Shown: one piece after another, positions 23,061 to 33,521 of the stretch
Layout: each line of letters starts with the position of its first letter
Numbering within the stretch: position 1 is the first letter of the stretch
From: Candidatus Nomurabacteria bacterium
GTDB taxonomy: Bacteria > Patescibacteriota > Minisyncoccia > Phycocordibacterales > SBAW01
Reading direction: 5' to 3'
Assembly (NCBI GenBank): GCA_943349675.1
Contig: CALQZN010000001.1
Location: forward strand, 1 to 57,962
Length of the DNA stretch: 57,962 nucleotides
Position numbers and translations under genes: made by a program
Notes under the pieces: generated by a model
What the model was told of the DNA's origin: nothing
Seen by the model: the letters and a program-made list of their open reading frames with translations, nothing else
Databases searched by the model: none

Positions 23061-23888
23061 CTATGACAGGCCAAAAACCCGTTGTGCCGTAAGGAGTATT
23101 TGCTCGCGCAGCGCCTCTTCCCCCACCCCTTTGATTTCGGCGAGTTTGCGGACAATGTCCGGTATGTACATGGGCTCGTTGCGTTTGCCGCGGTTGGGCA
23201 CCGGCGTGATGTAAGGCGCGTCAGTCTCGGAAAGCAGCATGTCCAGCGGTGTGTTGCGTACCACCTCGTCGTAGTCGTGCGTGAAGGTCACGACACCTGT
23301 GAATGACAAAGTGAAACCAATGTCGAGAAATTGTTTTGCCACTTCCCACTGTCCTGCAAAAAAGTGTACGTCCCCTTGTACTTTTGCGTGTGTTTTGAGT
23401 AGCTCCAGTGCATCTTTGTATGCATCCCCACCCTCGCCACTGCGGATGTGCAACATGAGCGGCTTGTTCAACGTATTGGCCAACTCTATTTGCGCAACAA
23501 ACGCTTCGTACTGTATTTTTTTTGTCTCTTCGTCGAGCCGATAGTAGTCGAGCCCACACTCACCCACCGCGATTACCTTGGGGTCTTGCCCCAATTTTTT
23601 ATAAAACTCAAAATCAAACACCTCGCCTCGGCTTACAAACTCCTTCCCACCCTCGCCAAGCTCTTTGGTGTCGTGGTACGACTTTGCGGTATGCACGGGG
23701 TGCAGCCCTATAGTTGCGTATACGTCGTCGCGACCCTGCGCCACTTCCACTGCCGCATGTGAGGTGTCTTGCTGGGTGCCTACCAAGTTCATCCCCACCC
23801 CTGCCTCTTTAGCGCGCGCAAAAACCTCTTCTCGGTCAACATCGTATGCAACAAATTGCACGTGTGTATGTGCGTCGAAGTAGCGCAT
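23061..23888 (-). CDS. tatD: TatD-family nuclease
   Basis: DAHTH, GLHP, VGECGLDY, ETDAPY, RNEP. Confidence 0.95.
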   Translation of the reverse strand: MRYFDAHTHVQFVAYDVDREEVFARAKEAGVGMNLVGTQQDTSHAAVEVAQGRDDVYATIGLHPVHTAKSYHDTKELGEGGKEFVSRGEVFDFEFYKKLGQDPKVIAVGECGLDYYRLDEETKKIQYEAFVAQIELANTLNKPLMLHIRSGEGGDAYKDALELLKTHAKVQGDVHFFAGQWEVAKQFLDIGFTLSFTGVVTFTHDYDEVVRNTPLDMLLSETDAPYITPVPNRGKRNEPMYIPDIVRKLAEIKGVGEEALREQILLTAQRVFGLS

Positions 23889-23890
23889 AG

Positions 23891-25324
23891 TTAGTCTTTA
23901 CGAGGGAACAAGTTTTCAGGTTTTTTGTTTTCAACAATAGCTTGTTTAAGCGCTTCACTAACCGCTGGCGTAAACGGGCCGAGCAGTCGAGCGATTGTAT
24001 ACAACTCTTGCGTAAGCTCAAAGATTATTTTCTTCCCTGCTGCGGCATCTGTTTTTACCACTTTAAACGGCTCTGTCTGGGTAATTTTTTGGTCCAATGC
24101 GCCCACTTGCTCAAATACAAACCCGAGTGCTTTATGTACCTCAAAATTTTCCAGCGCCTCCGCGTATTCTTTAGGAAATGGCGCAGCCTCTGGGTGCGTG
24201 CCGTTTTCTAAGTGTGTCTGCGCCAACTGCATAACCCGCGCGGCCAAGTTACCAAGTCCATTTGCCAAGTCAGCGTTGTACGCATCTTTAAACGCCTCTC
24301 GTGTAATGTCACCATCTTCAAACGGCGATATGTGCCGAGCCAAGTAGTAACGTACAGCATCGGTGCCATACTCTGCCAACAACTCTTCTGGATCGATAAC
24401 ATTCCCAAGTGTCTTGGACATTTTTTTGCCGCCCGAGGTAATAAACCCATGCACCAAGAGCGATTTGGGTAGTGGCACCCCCGCCGACAGCAGCATAGCG
24501 GGCCAAATAGCAGCATGGAAGCGTAAAATATCTTTACCCATCACGTGCACTTGTGCAGGCCAAAACTTTGCAAACAATTCGCCCCCTTGTCCGTACCCCA
24601 GAGCCGTAATGTAATTAGCAAGAGCGTCACACCACACATACATAACCTGGGTATCGTCGCCCGGCACAGGTATGCCAAGACTCTGTGGCCAGTCTGCTTT
24701 GCGTGGGCGCGAAAAACTTACGTCTTGTAAACCTTCGTTAAGTAATGAGAGGATCTCATTTTTGCGTGACTCCGGCACCACGCTAAACTCATCCGATTCT
24801 ATTTTTTCTTTAATAACGTTCGTGTATTTTGAAAGCTTAAAGAAGTAATTTTCTTCCTTTAAAAATTGAGGCTCCACTCCATGGTCAGGGCATTTGCCAT
24901 CTACTAAATCTTTCTCAGTGACAAATGCCTCGTGCCCCACACAATACAGCCCTTCGTATTCTTTCTTGTAGATATCACCCGCCGCTACCAACTTTTGCCA
25001 CAGTGCTTGTGCGCCTGGCCAATGTTTTTGTTGGTCGGTTGTGCGGATAAATTGGTCGTAGGAAATATTAAGTTCGCCAAACAATGACGCAAACTTGTCC
25101 ACAATCTCATCCAAAAAAATTATTGGGTCCTTCCCTTCTTTGCGGGCAGCATCGATCATTTTTTGCGTGTTTTCGTCAGAGCCGGTCAAAAAATACACTT
25201 CGTTTCCGACAAGGCGTTGGTACCGCGCTAAAATATCACTCACAGTGGTGGTGTAGGCATGACCCAGATGCAATTTTGCATTGGGGTAAAAAATGGGCGT
25301 CGTAATATAAAAAGTCTTGGCCAT
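23891..25324 (-). CDS. metG: Methionine--tRNA ligase (short form)
   Basis: FYITTPIFYPN, HLGH, YVWCDAL, KMSKT; no C-terminal OB domain. Confidence 0.97.
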   Translation of the reverse strand: MAKTFYITTPIFYPNAKLHLGHAYTTTVSDILARYQRLVGNEVYFLTGSDENTQKMIDAARKEGKDPIIFLDEIVDKFASLFGELNISYDQFIRTTDQQKHWPGAQALWQKLVAAGDIYKKEYEGLYCVGHEAFVTEKDLVDGKCPDHGVEPQFLKEENYFFKLSKYTNVIKEKIESDEFSVVPESRKNEILSLLNEGLQDVSFSRPRKADWPQSLGIPVPGDDTQVMYVWCDALANYITALGYGQGGELFAKFWPAQVHVMGKDILRFHAAIWPAMLLSAGVPLPKSLLVHGFITSGGKKMSKTLGNVIDPEELLAEYGTDAVRYYLARHISPFEDGDITREAFKDAYNADLANGLGNLAARVMQLAQTHLENGTHPEAAPFPKEYAEALENFEVHKALGFVFEQVGALDQKITQTEPFKVVKTDAAAGKKIIFELTQELYTIARLLGPFTPAVSEALKQAIVENKKPENLFPRKD

Positions 25325-25333
25325 GACACAAAA

Positions 25334-26407
25334 CTACTGCCCTTCTGCACCGGGCGCAAGGCCCGACTTTACCAACAAACGCGCCTTTCTCTTTTCAATA
25401 TCGTTTACCAATTCTTGTATTGCCCCCGCAATAGGGACGGACAACAGTACTCCCAAGAAGCCCACCAGTTTAAGCCCCACCAAAAGCGCCAAAATAACCA
25501 ACAAGGGCGGTACACCCACCACCTTTTTTACTACCACGGGGTAAATCAAATGCGCCTCAAACTGCTGCACAATTACGTAGAGGCCTGTCACCAGTAGGGC
25601 TTGGGTCACTCCCCCAAACGAAAAGGCAATTATCACCGCCGGTATTGCTGCCAAAAATTGCCCAAACACCGGAATAAGCTCAAACAGCGCAGCAAGCACC
25701 GCAAGCAGCAGCGGGTGCGGGACCCCCAAAATCAAAAGCCCCAGGTACAACAACACCCCAACAATCACTCCCAGTATCAACTGCCCTTGCATCCATTTAC
25801 CTATTTTGTCTTGGCTGCGCTTCCACAAATCCAACACATACGCCTCGTGTTGTACCGGCGTGATAAGGCGCAAAAAGTCGTCTACCCCTGTTTCTTGCAC
25901 AGAAAAGTAAAATGAAAAAACCACAATGAGCACGAGAGACGTGAGTCCGCCAAAAAATGCCGAAACAGTAGTAAACATCCCACCCGTCGAATTTGCAAGG
26001 GTGTTTGACATGTCACGCAAAAAGTCAGCCGAGGAGAGGGTGCTGGCAAAGTTACCAGGCAACAGTCCATGGGTTACGTCTGCCAAGTTAAATGCCGAAA
26101 GCGTTGCTGGCAGCTGCTGCAAAAAGTTCGCGGCATCGTTTAAAACTGGCGGGATAAAAAAGAAGAGTATAGTAGAAAAAGCCGTTATAACTCCAGCGTA
26201 AATAAAAATGACCGAAAAAAGCCGGTTCGCTCCCTGCCGCATCAAAGCCCCTACCCCAGGTTCAATTGCCGAAGCGATTACCACCGCAGAAAGTACGATA
26301 AGCACGATGTCTCGCAAATACCACAATAGCCCCACAAGACCGAGCAACAGGAGGATCTTAACGACACTCCCCGTCGTGATATGGACGCTTATATCACGGT
26401 TTTCCAT
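25334..26407 (-). CDS. AI-2E family transporter
   Basis: Multiple TM helices, IPVFG, QQFEAHLIYP, GFLGVLLSVP. Confidence 0.9.
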   Translation of the reverse strand: MENRDISVHITTGSVVKILLLLGLVGLLWYLRDIVLIVLSAVVIASAIEPGVGALMRQGANRLFSVIFIYAGVITAFSTILFFFIPPVLNDAANFLQQLPATLSAFNLADVTHGLLPGNFASTLSSADFLRDMSNTLANSTGGMFTTVSAFFGGLTSLVLIVVFSFYFSVQETGVDDFLRLITPVQHEAYVLDLWKRSQDKIGKWMQGQLILGVIVGVLLYLGLLILGVPHPLLLAVLAALFELIPVFGQFLAAIPAVIIAFSFGGVTQALLVTGLYVIVQQFEAHLIYPVVVKKVVGVPPLLVILALLVGLKLVGFLGVLLSVPIAGAIQELVNDIEKRKARLLVKSGLAPGAEGQ

Positions 26408-26425
26408 AGGCACATACTACCACGT

Positions 26426-27814
26426 CTACCCTTTAATTTTAGCCATCAACATCTGTGCCAACTCTGCCACAGGCATGCGCTTCTGCTCGCCACTGTCGCG
26501 GTCACGCACAGTAACCGTGTCCTTCAGTTCTGCATTCTCGCCTAGCGTGTCGAAGTCAACGGTAATGCAAAATGGTGTACCAATTTCGTCTTGGCGGCGG
26601 TAGCGTTTGCCAATATTGCCGTTGTCGTCCCACACAATTTGTGGAATTTCTTTTTTAAGCTGCGTATACACTTCGCGCGCCTTCTCTACCAACTCGGGTT
26701 TATTTTTAAGTAAAGGAAAGACAGCAGCTTTAACCGGAGCCAGATGCGCAGGGAATTTGAGGTATACGCGCTTTTCTCCGCCCAACTCGTCTTCGGTGTA
26801 TGCTTTCACCAGCACGGCCAACAGATGGCGACCGACACCAAAAGTAGGCTCCAGGACATGCGGCACAAATTTTTCGTTTGTCTGCGGGTCCATATACTGC
26901 AAATCAACACCGCTGTGTGTAATATGATTTTTAAGGTCAAAGTCTGTGCGGTATGCAAGGCCGCCTATTTCATCAAACTTGTGCGGATAGTTAAAGTGGA
27001 AGTCCACTGTGCGTTTGGAGTAGTGCGCACGCTCTCCATCTGGGATCTCGACTTCACGGATGTCCTCTGGCGCAAAACCCAAAAGACTAAACCAGTTGTG
27101 CATTTGCTTTTGCCAATAGGCAAAATGTTCTTCCCAAGTTTTTTCTTCGATAAAGTACTCAAACTCCATTAATTCTAGCTCTCGTACGCGAAAAACAAAG
27201 TCGCGTGGCGCTATTTCGTTGCGGAAGTTGCGCCCAATTTGAGCGATACCAAACGGCAGCTTTGGATGATACGAGTCTAAGATGTTCTTAAAATTCACAA
27301 ACATCCCCTGCGCCGTCTCGGGACGCATGTATACAGTCGTGTCTGTACCATCGACTGAACCAACAGATGTTTTAAACATCATGTTGAACTGCTGTGGCGT
27401 TGAAAGGTCGTTACCGCCGGGGCTTTTTATTTTTTTCTCTGTAATGACTACACCCATTTGCTCAAGCGTCATACCCGTAGGGTCTACCCCAACATCCTCA
27501 AGCAGGTGGTCAGCACGGTAGCGTTTTTTGGTTTTTACATCCGTAACGAGCGGGTCGTTAAATCCACCCACGTGGCCACTTGCCTCCCATACTTTTGGGT
27601 TCATTAAAATTGCCGAATCAAGGCCGTACATGTCGTCACGCGACTCAACAAAAAAACGCCACCACAAATTTTCTATATTTTTTTTGAGGGCTACTCCCAA
27701 AGGCCCATAGTCCCAAGTACCCGCCAAGCCGCCATAAATTTCTGAGCCTTGGTACACAAAGCCGCGACGCTTACACAGCGACACGATTTTCTCCATTACA
27801 TTTTCTTCCGTCAT
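26426..27814 (-). CDS. glyQS: Glycine--tRNA ligase, alpha2 type
   Basis: CKRRGF, RPETAQG, FRNEIAPR, IGKRYRRQDEIGTP. Confidence 0.97.
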   Translation of the reverse strand: MTEENVMEKIVSLCKRRGFVYQGSEIYGGLAGTWDYGPLGVALKKNIENLWWRFFVESRDDMYGLDSAILMNPKVWEASGHVGGFNDPLVTDVKTKKRYRADHLLEDVGVDPTGMTLEQMGVVITEKKIKSPGGNDLSTPQQFNMMFKTSVGSVDGTDTTVYMRPETAQGMFVNFKNILDSYHPKLPFGIAQIGRNFRNEIAPRDFVFRVRELELMEFEYFIEEKTWEEHFAYWQKQMHNWFSLLGFAPEDIREVEIPDGERAHYSKRTVDFHFNYPHKFDEIGGLAYRTDFDLKNHITHSGVDLQYMDPQTNEKFVPHVLEPTFGVGRHLLAVLVKAYTEDELGGEKRVYLKFPAHLAPVKAAVFPLLKNKPELVEKAREVYTQLKKEIPQIVWDDNGNIGKRYRRQDEIGTPFCITVDFDTLGENAELKDTVTVRDRDSGEQKRMPVAELAQMLMAKIKG

Positions 27815-27816
27815 AA

Positions 27817-29811
27817 TTATTGCTTTTGCACCACCTGCCCCATTGAGTTATTAAAACCGCTATCTGTGCTCAAAGATGTTGTAGGGGGCACAGCACTTGC
27901 CACTACAGGAACTTGTGCAAACCGATCTTGCCCCGTCAGCCGTGCTTCGCCTGTAAGCGCCGGAGACTGGCCTATCTGGCTCGTACTTGGGTTAAATGCT
28001 ACCTGAAACGCTGCCGTGCGCGCCCCAGCGCCGTACCCAGCACCCGGCTTTACATCGCCCAAGACCCACGTAACGGTGCGACTTGCAGCACTGTACTCCA
28101 CCCCGCTCCCCGCCTCTGCGCTCATAAACCGCACATACGGCGGCAGCACCGAAGAGACTGCAGTATTGGCTATAGTATTGGAAGAGTTGTTCACCGTCCA
28201 GACTATCGTGTACGTAGTACTTTGCTCGGCAACAGGCGGCATAGGGCCCGCGTTTACAAAGCTGCCCGAAAAATGTAGCGCCTGTGATGTTAATCCAATC
28301 AGCGACGCTATAGACACTCGTGCCGAAGCCGCCGAAGATACCGTACCAGACACTCTATCTTGCCCTTGCCGTACCGCCGAGACTGTTACATTTAAATCAA
28401 CTGTTGGATTTGCATACAGCGCCCCACCACTGTTCGGCGGCACTGTAGTAAAGGCAAAATGCAGCACCCCAGAGCCCCCAGGGGGGATAGATTCGAGCGA
28501 CGGCACCTGCGCTTTTGTCCAAATTATTGCCTTGTCTGATGATTGATAAAAACCATCAAAAGACTCTATGGAGTTTTTATCAAGCACCGCTCCTTTAAAT
28601 GCTAATTGGACCTCCAAGTTAGACACCGAGTCAGTCAGGTTGTTCTGCCATTCTACCGTACCTTGCACCTTTGTTCCTGCAGGAGCAGTAATAGATTCTG
28701 TCTTTCCATCCACCGCAATTACCGCACTAATAAACGGCCGCTCAACAGTGAGCGTTTGCGGTATGGTTAGAAATGGCACCCTAACTTGCGTGTCTGTTTG
28801 ATCAGAATTTGAGCCGGCAATAAACCGGAATACACGCTGGTCACCATCTTGGCCTTCAATTTTTCCAACAAGGCGAATCTTTTTACCTGCACCCGGCTCA
28901 ATAGTGCCCAAACGCCAAAGCGTGCCCCCAGCGTCAGCCACAGGGGTCGAGCGCACAACCGAGTATCCAAAAGGATACTGGGCTTGGATAACTACATTAT
29001 CAACTGCCGTGGCGGCGTTGCTTTGTACTGTTAGTTCTATATCAAACTGCTCTCCTGTGGTCGCTTTACTTGGAGCACTAACGCTAATAGAAATAGGCGA
29101 AGAACCAACAGTAAAGTCGGCCTCTACTTGTTTCTCAAAAATAGCGTTAGAGCCCGGGATGCTGTACTCGAGCCGTGCGCGCACTTTCTGCGGACTACCT
29201 TCTTGGCCGTAAAATACGGCACTCGCTGTACGTTTTATCTGCTGCCCCGAAGCAACGGAGCCCACGTTTTGCCGTTCATGCATAAGTGATTTTGTCTGAT
29301 CTTTTGGGTCACGAGCACCATCGGGATAGTCTATGACTAGGTCAGCGAGTTGCAGTGCTGCTTGGTTGCGGTTGTGTACAAGGATCTGAAATGACGTCTC
29401 TTTACCTCCGTCTATTAGAGACGGTGCAATAATTTGCATGTCGATATTTTGTGGCGAAATAGTGTTACCGCCTAAGAAAAACACGTACGCAGCAACCCCT
29501 GCACCCGCAGAAAAAAAGGCAAGCGAGAACAGGAAAAATTTTGTTGCAAACGATATTCGCTTTTTTTGTTTCATCGGAGTAAGCGCGTTAATGTCCCCAC
29601 CATGAAAGGAAGCTGGGGGTATGTGAGGCGCGGGAGGTGGCGGCACAGGTGGTGTCTTTTTTACTTCCTCCCAGACAACCGGCACAGGTTCTGCAGTATG
29701 AGTTTGCGGTAGTGGGGTTCGCTCTTCTGGATGCACTTCTGGAGCGTCCACACGAGAATAGAGCTTTTCTTTTAAGCCCTCAACAGAACCCCGTCTTTTG
29801 CCCCGCGCCAT
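27817..29811 (-). CDS. Membrane-anchored protein with tandem Ig-like (DUF11-like) domains
   Basis: Single TM helix followed by repeated beta-sandwich motifs (WRLGTIEPG, WVLGDVKPG). Confidence 0.7.
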   Translation of the reverse strand: MARGKRRGSVEGLKEKLYSRVDAPEVHPEERTPLPQTHTAEPVPVVWEEVKKTPPVPPPPAPHIPPASFHGGDINALTPMKQKKRISFATKFFLFSLAFFSAGAGVAAYVFFLGGNTISPQNIDMQIIAPSLIDGGKETSFQILVHNRNQAALQLADLVIDYPDGARDPKDQTKSLMHERQNVGSVASGQQIKRTASAVFYGQEGSPQKVRARLEYSIPGSNAIFEKQVEADFTVGSSPISISVSAPSKATTGEQFDIELTVQSNAATAVDNVVIQAQYPFGYSVVRSTPVADAGGTLWRLGTIEPGAGKKIRLVGKIEGQDGDQRVFRFIAGSNSDQTDTQVRVPFLTIPQTLTVERPFISAVIAVDGKTESITAPAGTKVQGTVEWQNNLTDSVSNLEVQLAFKGAVLDKNSIESFDGFYQSSDKAIIWTKAQVPSLESIPPGGSGVLHFAFTTVPPNSGGALYANPTVDLNVTVSAVRQGQDRVSGTVSSAASARVSIASLIGLTSQALHFSGSFVNAGPMPPVAEQSTTYTIVWTVNNSSNTIANTAVSSVLPPYVRFMSAEAGSGVEYSAASRTVTWVLGDVKPGAGYGAGARTAAFQVAFNPSTSQIGQSPALTGEARLTGQDRFAQVPVVASAVPPTTSLSTDSGFNNSMGQVVQKQ

Positions 29812-29842
29812 GCATACAAGTATACATCATCCCCTTTTCGGT

Positions 29843-30355
29843 CTACCTTGTGATTGATATAGTTTGCCCTAATTCTGCAGCAGGTGCGCTGACTGTGATA
29901 CGACCCGTGGTAGTGTCACGCGAAATGGAGTAACAAGTGTTGTAGATACTCTCACTTGTATATGACGCCGCACAAGTGCTAGAGCCTGTAGGGTCGAAAG
30001 GAAGAGCCGTTATGTACGTAGGAACTAGACACGGCGCAAGGTCGTATCCTGTTGTGCCAGTCGTAATAGTCCCTCGCGCCCCACTTGCGCCAGCAACTTC
30101 ATAGGCAGCAGGTGGTGAGCCGCACATAAACACGCCTTTGTTGTCCGCAATGTTTTGACTTACCGCGTTTAAAATAGCCGTCACATTACTTGTGCGTTGA
30201 CTATTGCGCGCCTGCGCAAATTGTCTAGCTGGATTAATTGCCACAATCACGATAGTGGCAAGAATGGCAACAATACCAATAACAATTAAAAGCTCGATAA
30301 GGGTGAAACCACTTTGCCGAACATCAACCCGCGAACGTGCGGAAGGATATTTCAT
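29843..30355 (-). CDS. Type IV pilin (major-pilin-like)
   Basis: GFTLIELLIVIGIVAILA prepilin motif; C-terminal cysteines. Confidence 0.92.
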   Translation of the reverse strand: MKYPSARSRVDVRQSGFTLIELLIVIGIVAILATIVIVAINPARQFAQARNSQRTSNVTAILNAVSQNIADNKGVFMCGSPPAAYEVAGASGARGTITTGTTGYDLAPCLVPTYITALPFDPTGSSTCAASYTSESIYNTCYSISRDTTTGRITVSAPAAELGQTISITR

Positions 30356-30434
30356 TTTCTTAAAAAATTAGAAACTCAATAAATCTGACTTAAGCGTATC
30401 ACGAAAAAATAAACAACTACGCGACGTGCCCAGA

Positions 30435-30818
30435 CTATGTGGATACCTCTTCCCAAGAAATTATTTGAAACTCGTCGTCGATAACCACATCTAGGTTTGT
30501 GTGTGCTGTTTGGTACGTCGCACGTATAACAAACTCTTTGTATGCACCTGTAGTAATTATTGAATCTAATACACACGTACCACCTTCAAATGTTGTGGTT
30601 GCGTGACCTGAAAAGAGTGGGTCTTTTACAATATATAGGAGGGTCTGCTCGACACACGCATCCGCAAGCGCCTCACTACGCAACTTAAACTCTCTATCTA
30701 AAACATTTGAACGCACATACCAACCCCTCACACTTCCCGATGTCGCCAAAAGCAGCAAAGAAGCTGAGATAACAACAGCGGAGGTAAAAGCAATATACCC
30801 CCTTTGAGAGTTACGCAT
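30435..30818 (-). CDS. PilX-like minor pilin
   Basis: QRGYIAFTSAVVI lacking E5; ALADACVEQTL; ends ISWEEV. Confidence 0.7.
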   Translation of the reverse strand: MRNSQRGYIAFTSAVVISASLLLLATSGSVRGWYVRSNVLDREFKLRSEALADACVEQTLLYIVKDPLFSGHATTTFEGGTCVLDSIITTGAYKEFVIRATYQTAHTNLDVVIDDEFQIISWEEVST

Positions 30819-30865
30819 GCTTTTAAAATACCACATCACCGAGGTACGTTTGGTATACTGTATCT

Positions 30866-31066
30866 ATGAGCAGTTTTCTTATTATTGGATTGGGTATTTT
30901 TGTATTTATAGTGGTTGTAGCTATTTGGTCTACGGACACCTCTACAGAAGCGCTCGAGATAGACGCGGAAGAGACTGCAGAAGTAACCGAGGAAGGACCA
31001 AACATAGAACCCCTTCCTCCTAAACCACAACAGGAGTATCAAGGAGGCGCAGGTGACAGTCAATAA
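30866..31066 (+). CDS. Small acidic single-TM protein on the opposite strand within the pilin cluster
   Basis: TM helix plus E-rich tail; TGGTATACT box 6 nt before the ATG. Confidence 0.6.
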   Translation: MSSFLIIGLGIFVFIVVVAIWSTDTSTEALEIDAEETAEVTEEGPNIEPLPPKPQQEYQGGAGDSQ

Positions 31067-31070
31067 ATTT

Positions 31071-31577
31071 TTATTGTATATATTTTTCTATTTCAAAAAC
31101 CTCCTTACCTATAGTAAATACCAGCCCCATACCAGCAGGCATTCCCCTGCTTGGCGCAATGTAGTAAAACGATAGGTCTTTTACTGACACATTTGGCGTT
31201 GTGAGCGACACAAAAGAGAGCGCGTCACTTCGTCGCATCTCAATGGTGCCACTTGCACTATTTAAACGAATGGTCACAGGGTTAAAATCTCCCTCGTGCA
31301 CTATAAGCGCTGTCGTGGATGGATGGGCACTTGAAGGTTGAGAGATACTTTGAGCGCTTGTAAGTATCCTATCGATTTTCTGAAGCACAAAACTTCCCTC
31401 TTCTTGCGTAGAAATACGCACACCGTCAGCCTGCATGCTTTCTAATAATTGCCAAGCAGTAACTAGGGCGCTTGCCATCAATATCGACAACAAGCCCATA
31501 TACACAAGCGTCTCTACCAGAGTAAACCCACGTTGCTTGCGACAGGTATTAAAAAATTTATTATATACTGTCCACAT
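31071..31577 (-). CDS. Minor pilin (PilW/PulJ-like)
   Basis: RGFTLVETLVYMGLL. Confidence 0.88.
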   Translation of the reverse strand: MWTVYNKFFNTCRKQRGFTLVETLVYMGLLSILMASALVTAWQLLESMQADGVRISTQEEGSFVLQKIDRILTSAQSISQPSSAHPSTTALIVHEGDFNPVTIRLNSASGTIEMRRSDALSFVSLTTPNVSVKDLSFYYIAPSRGMPAGMGLVFTIGKEVFEIEKYIQ

Positions 31578-31585
31578 GTTATAAT

Positions 31586-33064
31586 TTATTGCCCAGAAAT
31601 CACCTCTATCGAAATACTTCCTTGTCCTGTGGCATATAAAACTCCTGCCGCGTAATCAAATCCTCCAAAACTAGCTCCAGCAAGGGCATGCGTTGAGACG
31701 AGAGAGATGTCGCCACCAGAAACGCCCCAAACCTGAACTTCTTTTTTTGACTTTGGAGTTGTTATAAACATCAGGGATCCAACAACCATCAAACTACTAA
31801 CTCCTGTATCTATGTTTTGTGCAGCTATTATTGGTAATCCAACTCCAGGATTAGTACTATCGAATACATATACATCAGGGCCAGCGGGGGTAGAAGCTCT
31901 TCCAAAATACAATCGATTACCTAGCGGGTACACACTGAGCCCGTTTTGCGCTCCCGGCAAGTCATGCCGTGACACTAAAACTTCTGCAGCGGCTCCGATA
32001 TTTGTCGCATCAGTTACGTCGTATACTTTCAACTCAGCCCCTAATTGGCTCGTCGCCATGTAGGCAAAACGTTTATGCACACCTGACACCAAACGCTCTT
32101 CTATAGCAAAACCATTCACGGTTACACCCAACTCTACCCCACCACCTAACTCTACCGGGTCACTTGGATTAGATACATCAAAAATATGCATTTCTGGCCC
32201 CGCTGTATATCTAGTAAGCACGTAAAGACGGTCGTCATAGTAGTACAACTTGTGGCCACCCGGCTCCGAACCATTGGGAGCAACATTATTTAACGTACGA
32301 CTTGCTACCTGCATAGGATTGTACAGGTCCGTCACTTCTATAACTGCCATCTGGCTAGTGGTAGCATCCACGGCAACGTACGCATATTTTTTAACTTCAC
32401 CAGAGGGACCTCTCCACACAACAGCATCAACAGCAACGATGGGTGCAGGCATAGTAAAACTGTTTGCAAATGAACCAGACGTTATATTATGTTCCCCCGG
32501 AACAAGGGTTTTTGTGTCAAAAATAAAAAAATAAGGCGACTTTGTACTACCCACATATAACAAACCTTGTAACTCATCTATCGAAATAGGATAACCCTCA
32601 GACAAAGCACCTTCAGCAATTTTTTTAGGCGCCACCCAAGAATCTGTCGCCATATCGGCGCCACAGTCCGCACCTAAAGCTAGTGCCGTTTTAATATCTG
32701 TAAAAATGGTTGGCAACTCTACTGTCTGTATATGTGCATTCTTCCAACTAACTTCGCTAAATACTTGTTTTTGACAACGTGTGTAATCTACTACGGTCAA
32801 CGTTTGTAGATACGGACGCTCACCTAACCAAACTGACGAAGTAGAAGTTATGCTTGAAAAATTTTGTTTCGAAGACTTTCCACGTTCAAGAAGTATATGT
32901 GCCCGTACAAGCGCCTTGGTTGTTATTTGCGCATCAATTACCAGAGCTTCTGTCCCTAAAACTACAAGTAGAGACGCTGTAATGCTAAGCATGCACAAAG
33001 CGGAAGCAATGAGTATCTCGAGCGTACTTACACCACGGGGACTACCAAGTAATTGCGCCTTCAT
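31586..33064 (-). CDS. Pilin-like protein with a C-terminal LVIVD-type beta-propeller (candidate tip adhesin)
   Basis: RGVSTLEILIA N-terminus; repeats IEVTDLYNP, IFDVSNPSDP, VYDVTD, VFDSTNP. Confidence 0.78.
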   Translation of the reverse strand: MKAQLLGSPRGVSTLEILIASALCMLSITASLLVVLGTEALVIDAQITTKALVRAHILLERGKSSKQNFSSITSTSSVWLGERPYLQTLTVVDYTRCQKQVFSEVSWKNAHIQTVELPTIFTDIKTALALGADCGADMATDSWVAPKKIAEGALSEGYPISIDELQGLLYVGSTKSPYFFIFDTKTLVPGEHNITSGSFANSFTMPAPIVAVDAVVWRGPSGEVKKYAYVAVDATTSQMAVIEVTDLYNPMQVASRTLNNVAPNGSEPGGHKLYYYDDRLYVLTRYTAGPEMHIFDVSNPSDPVELGGGVELGVTVNGFAIEERLVSGVHKRFAYMATSQLGAELKVYDVTDATNIGAAAEVLVSRHDLPGAQNGLSVYPLGNRLYFGRASTPAGPDVYVFDSTNPGVGLPIIAAQNIDTGVSSLMVVGSLMFITTPKSKKEVQVWGVSGGDISLVSTHALAGASFGGFDYAAGVLYATGQGSISIEVISGQ

Positions 33065-33521
33065 AATTTATGAAAATGTTTGCAATACGAACGTCATCTT
33101 TTATTTCTATAGTAGTTGGTACCGATGTTGCAGTAAGTTGTTCAAAAAGAACAATGGGAAATAGTGTGTCGAAGTGAGACTTTTTGGCAATAAAATTATT
33201 TGCAGTAACATACTCGTTTGTTGGGTCGTTAACCACACACGCGTTACGAAAAATAACGTACTGTGAACCTTGAAAGCACACACCGTGCGCCGAATTATGT
33301 ATATTGTTTAAAGCTCGACTACGTGCCTTTTCCAGCACACTAACCAGTATTTGTTGTTCGGCATGGAAGACGTATCTTTTGTAACTGTCCATACCTATAA
33401 AAAGAGCCGACCCCAGCAAGATAGTTGTTATCCCGATAACCACCAACAACTCTACCAAGGTAAATCCTTGTGGGGCGTTGTATCCAAATCTAGCGAGGTG
33501 TAAGTCGTGATGTAATTTCAT
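33042..33521 (-). CDS. Minor pilin (FimT/GspH-like); start uncertain
   Basis: QGFTLVELLVVIGI; ends INYEGAITW. Confidence 0.82.
   Translation of the reverse strand: MKLHHDLHLARFGYNAPQGFTLVELLVVIGITTILLGSALFIGMDSYKRYVFHAEQQILVSVLEKARSRALNNIHNSAHGVCFQGSQYVIFRNACVVNDPTNEYVTANNFIAKKSHFDTLFPIVLFEQLTATSVPTTIEIKDDVRIANIFINYEGAITW

Noticed and set aside
33465..33490. Frameshifted pilin start (TTG...MDTTPHK-GF)
   Set aside because: An in-frame ATG at 33521 gives an intact prepilin, so no frameshift is needed.
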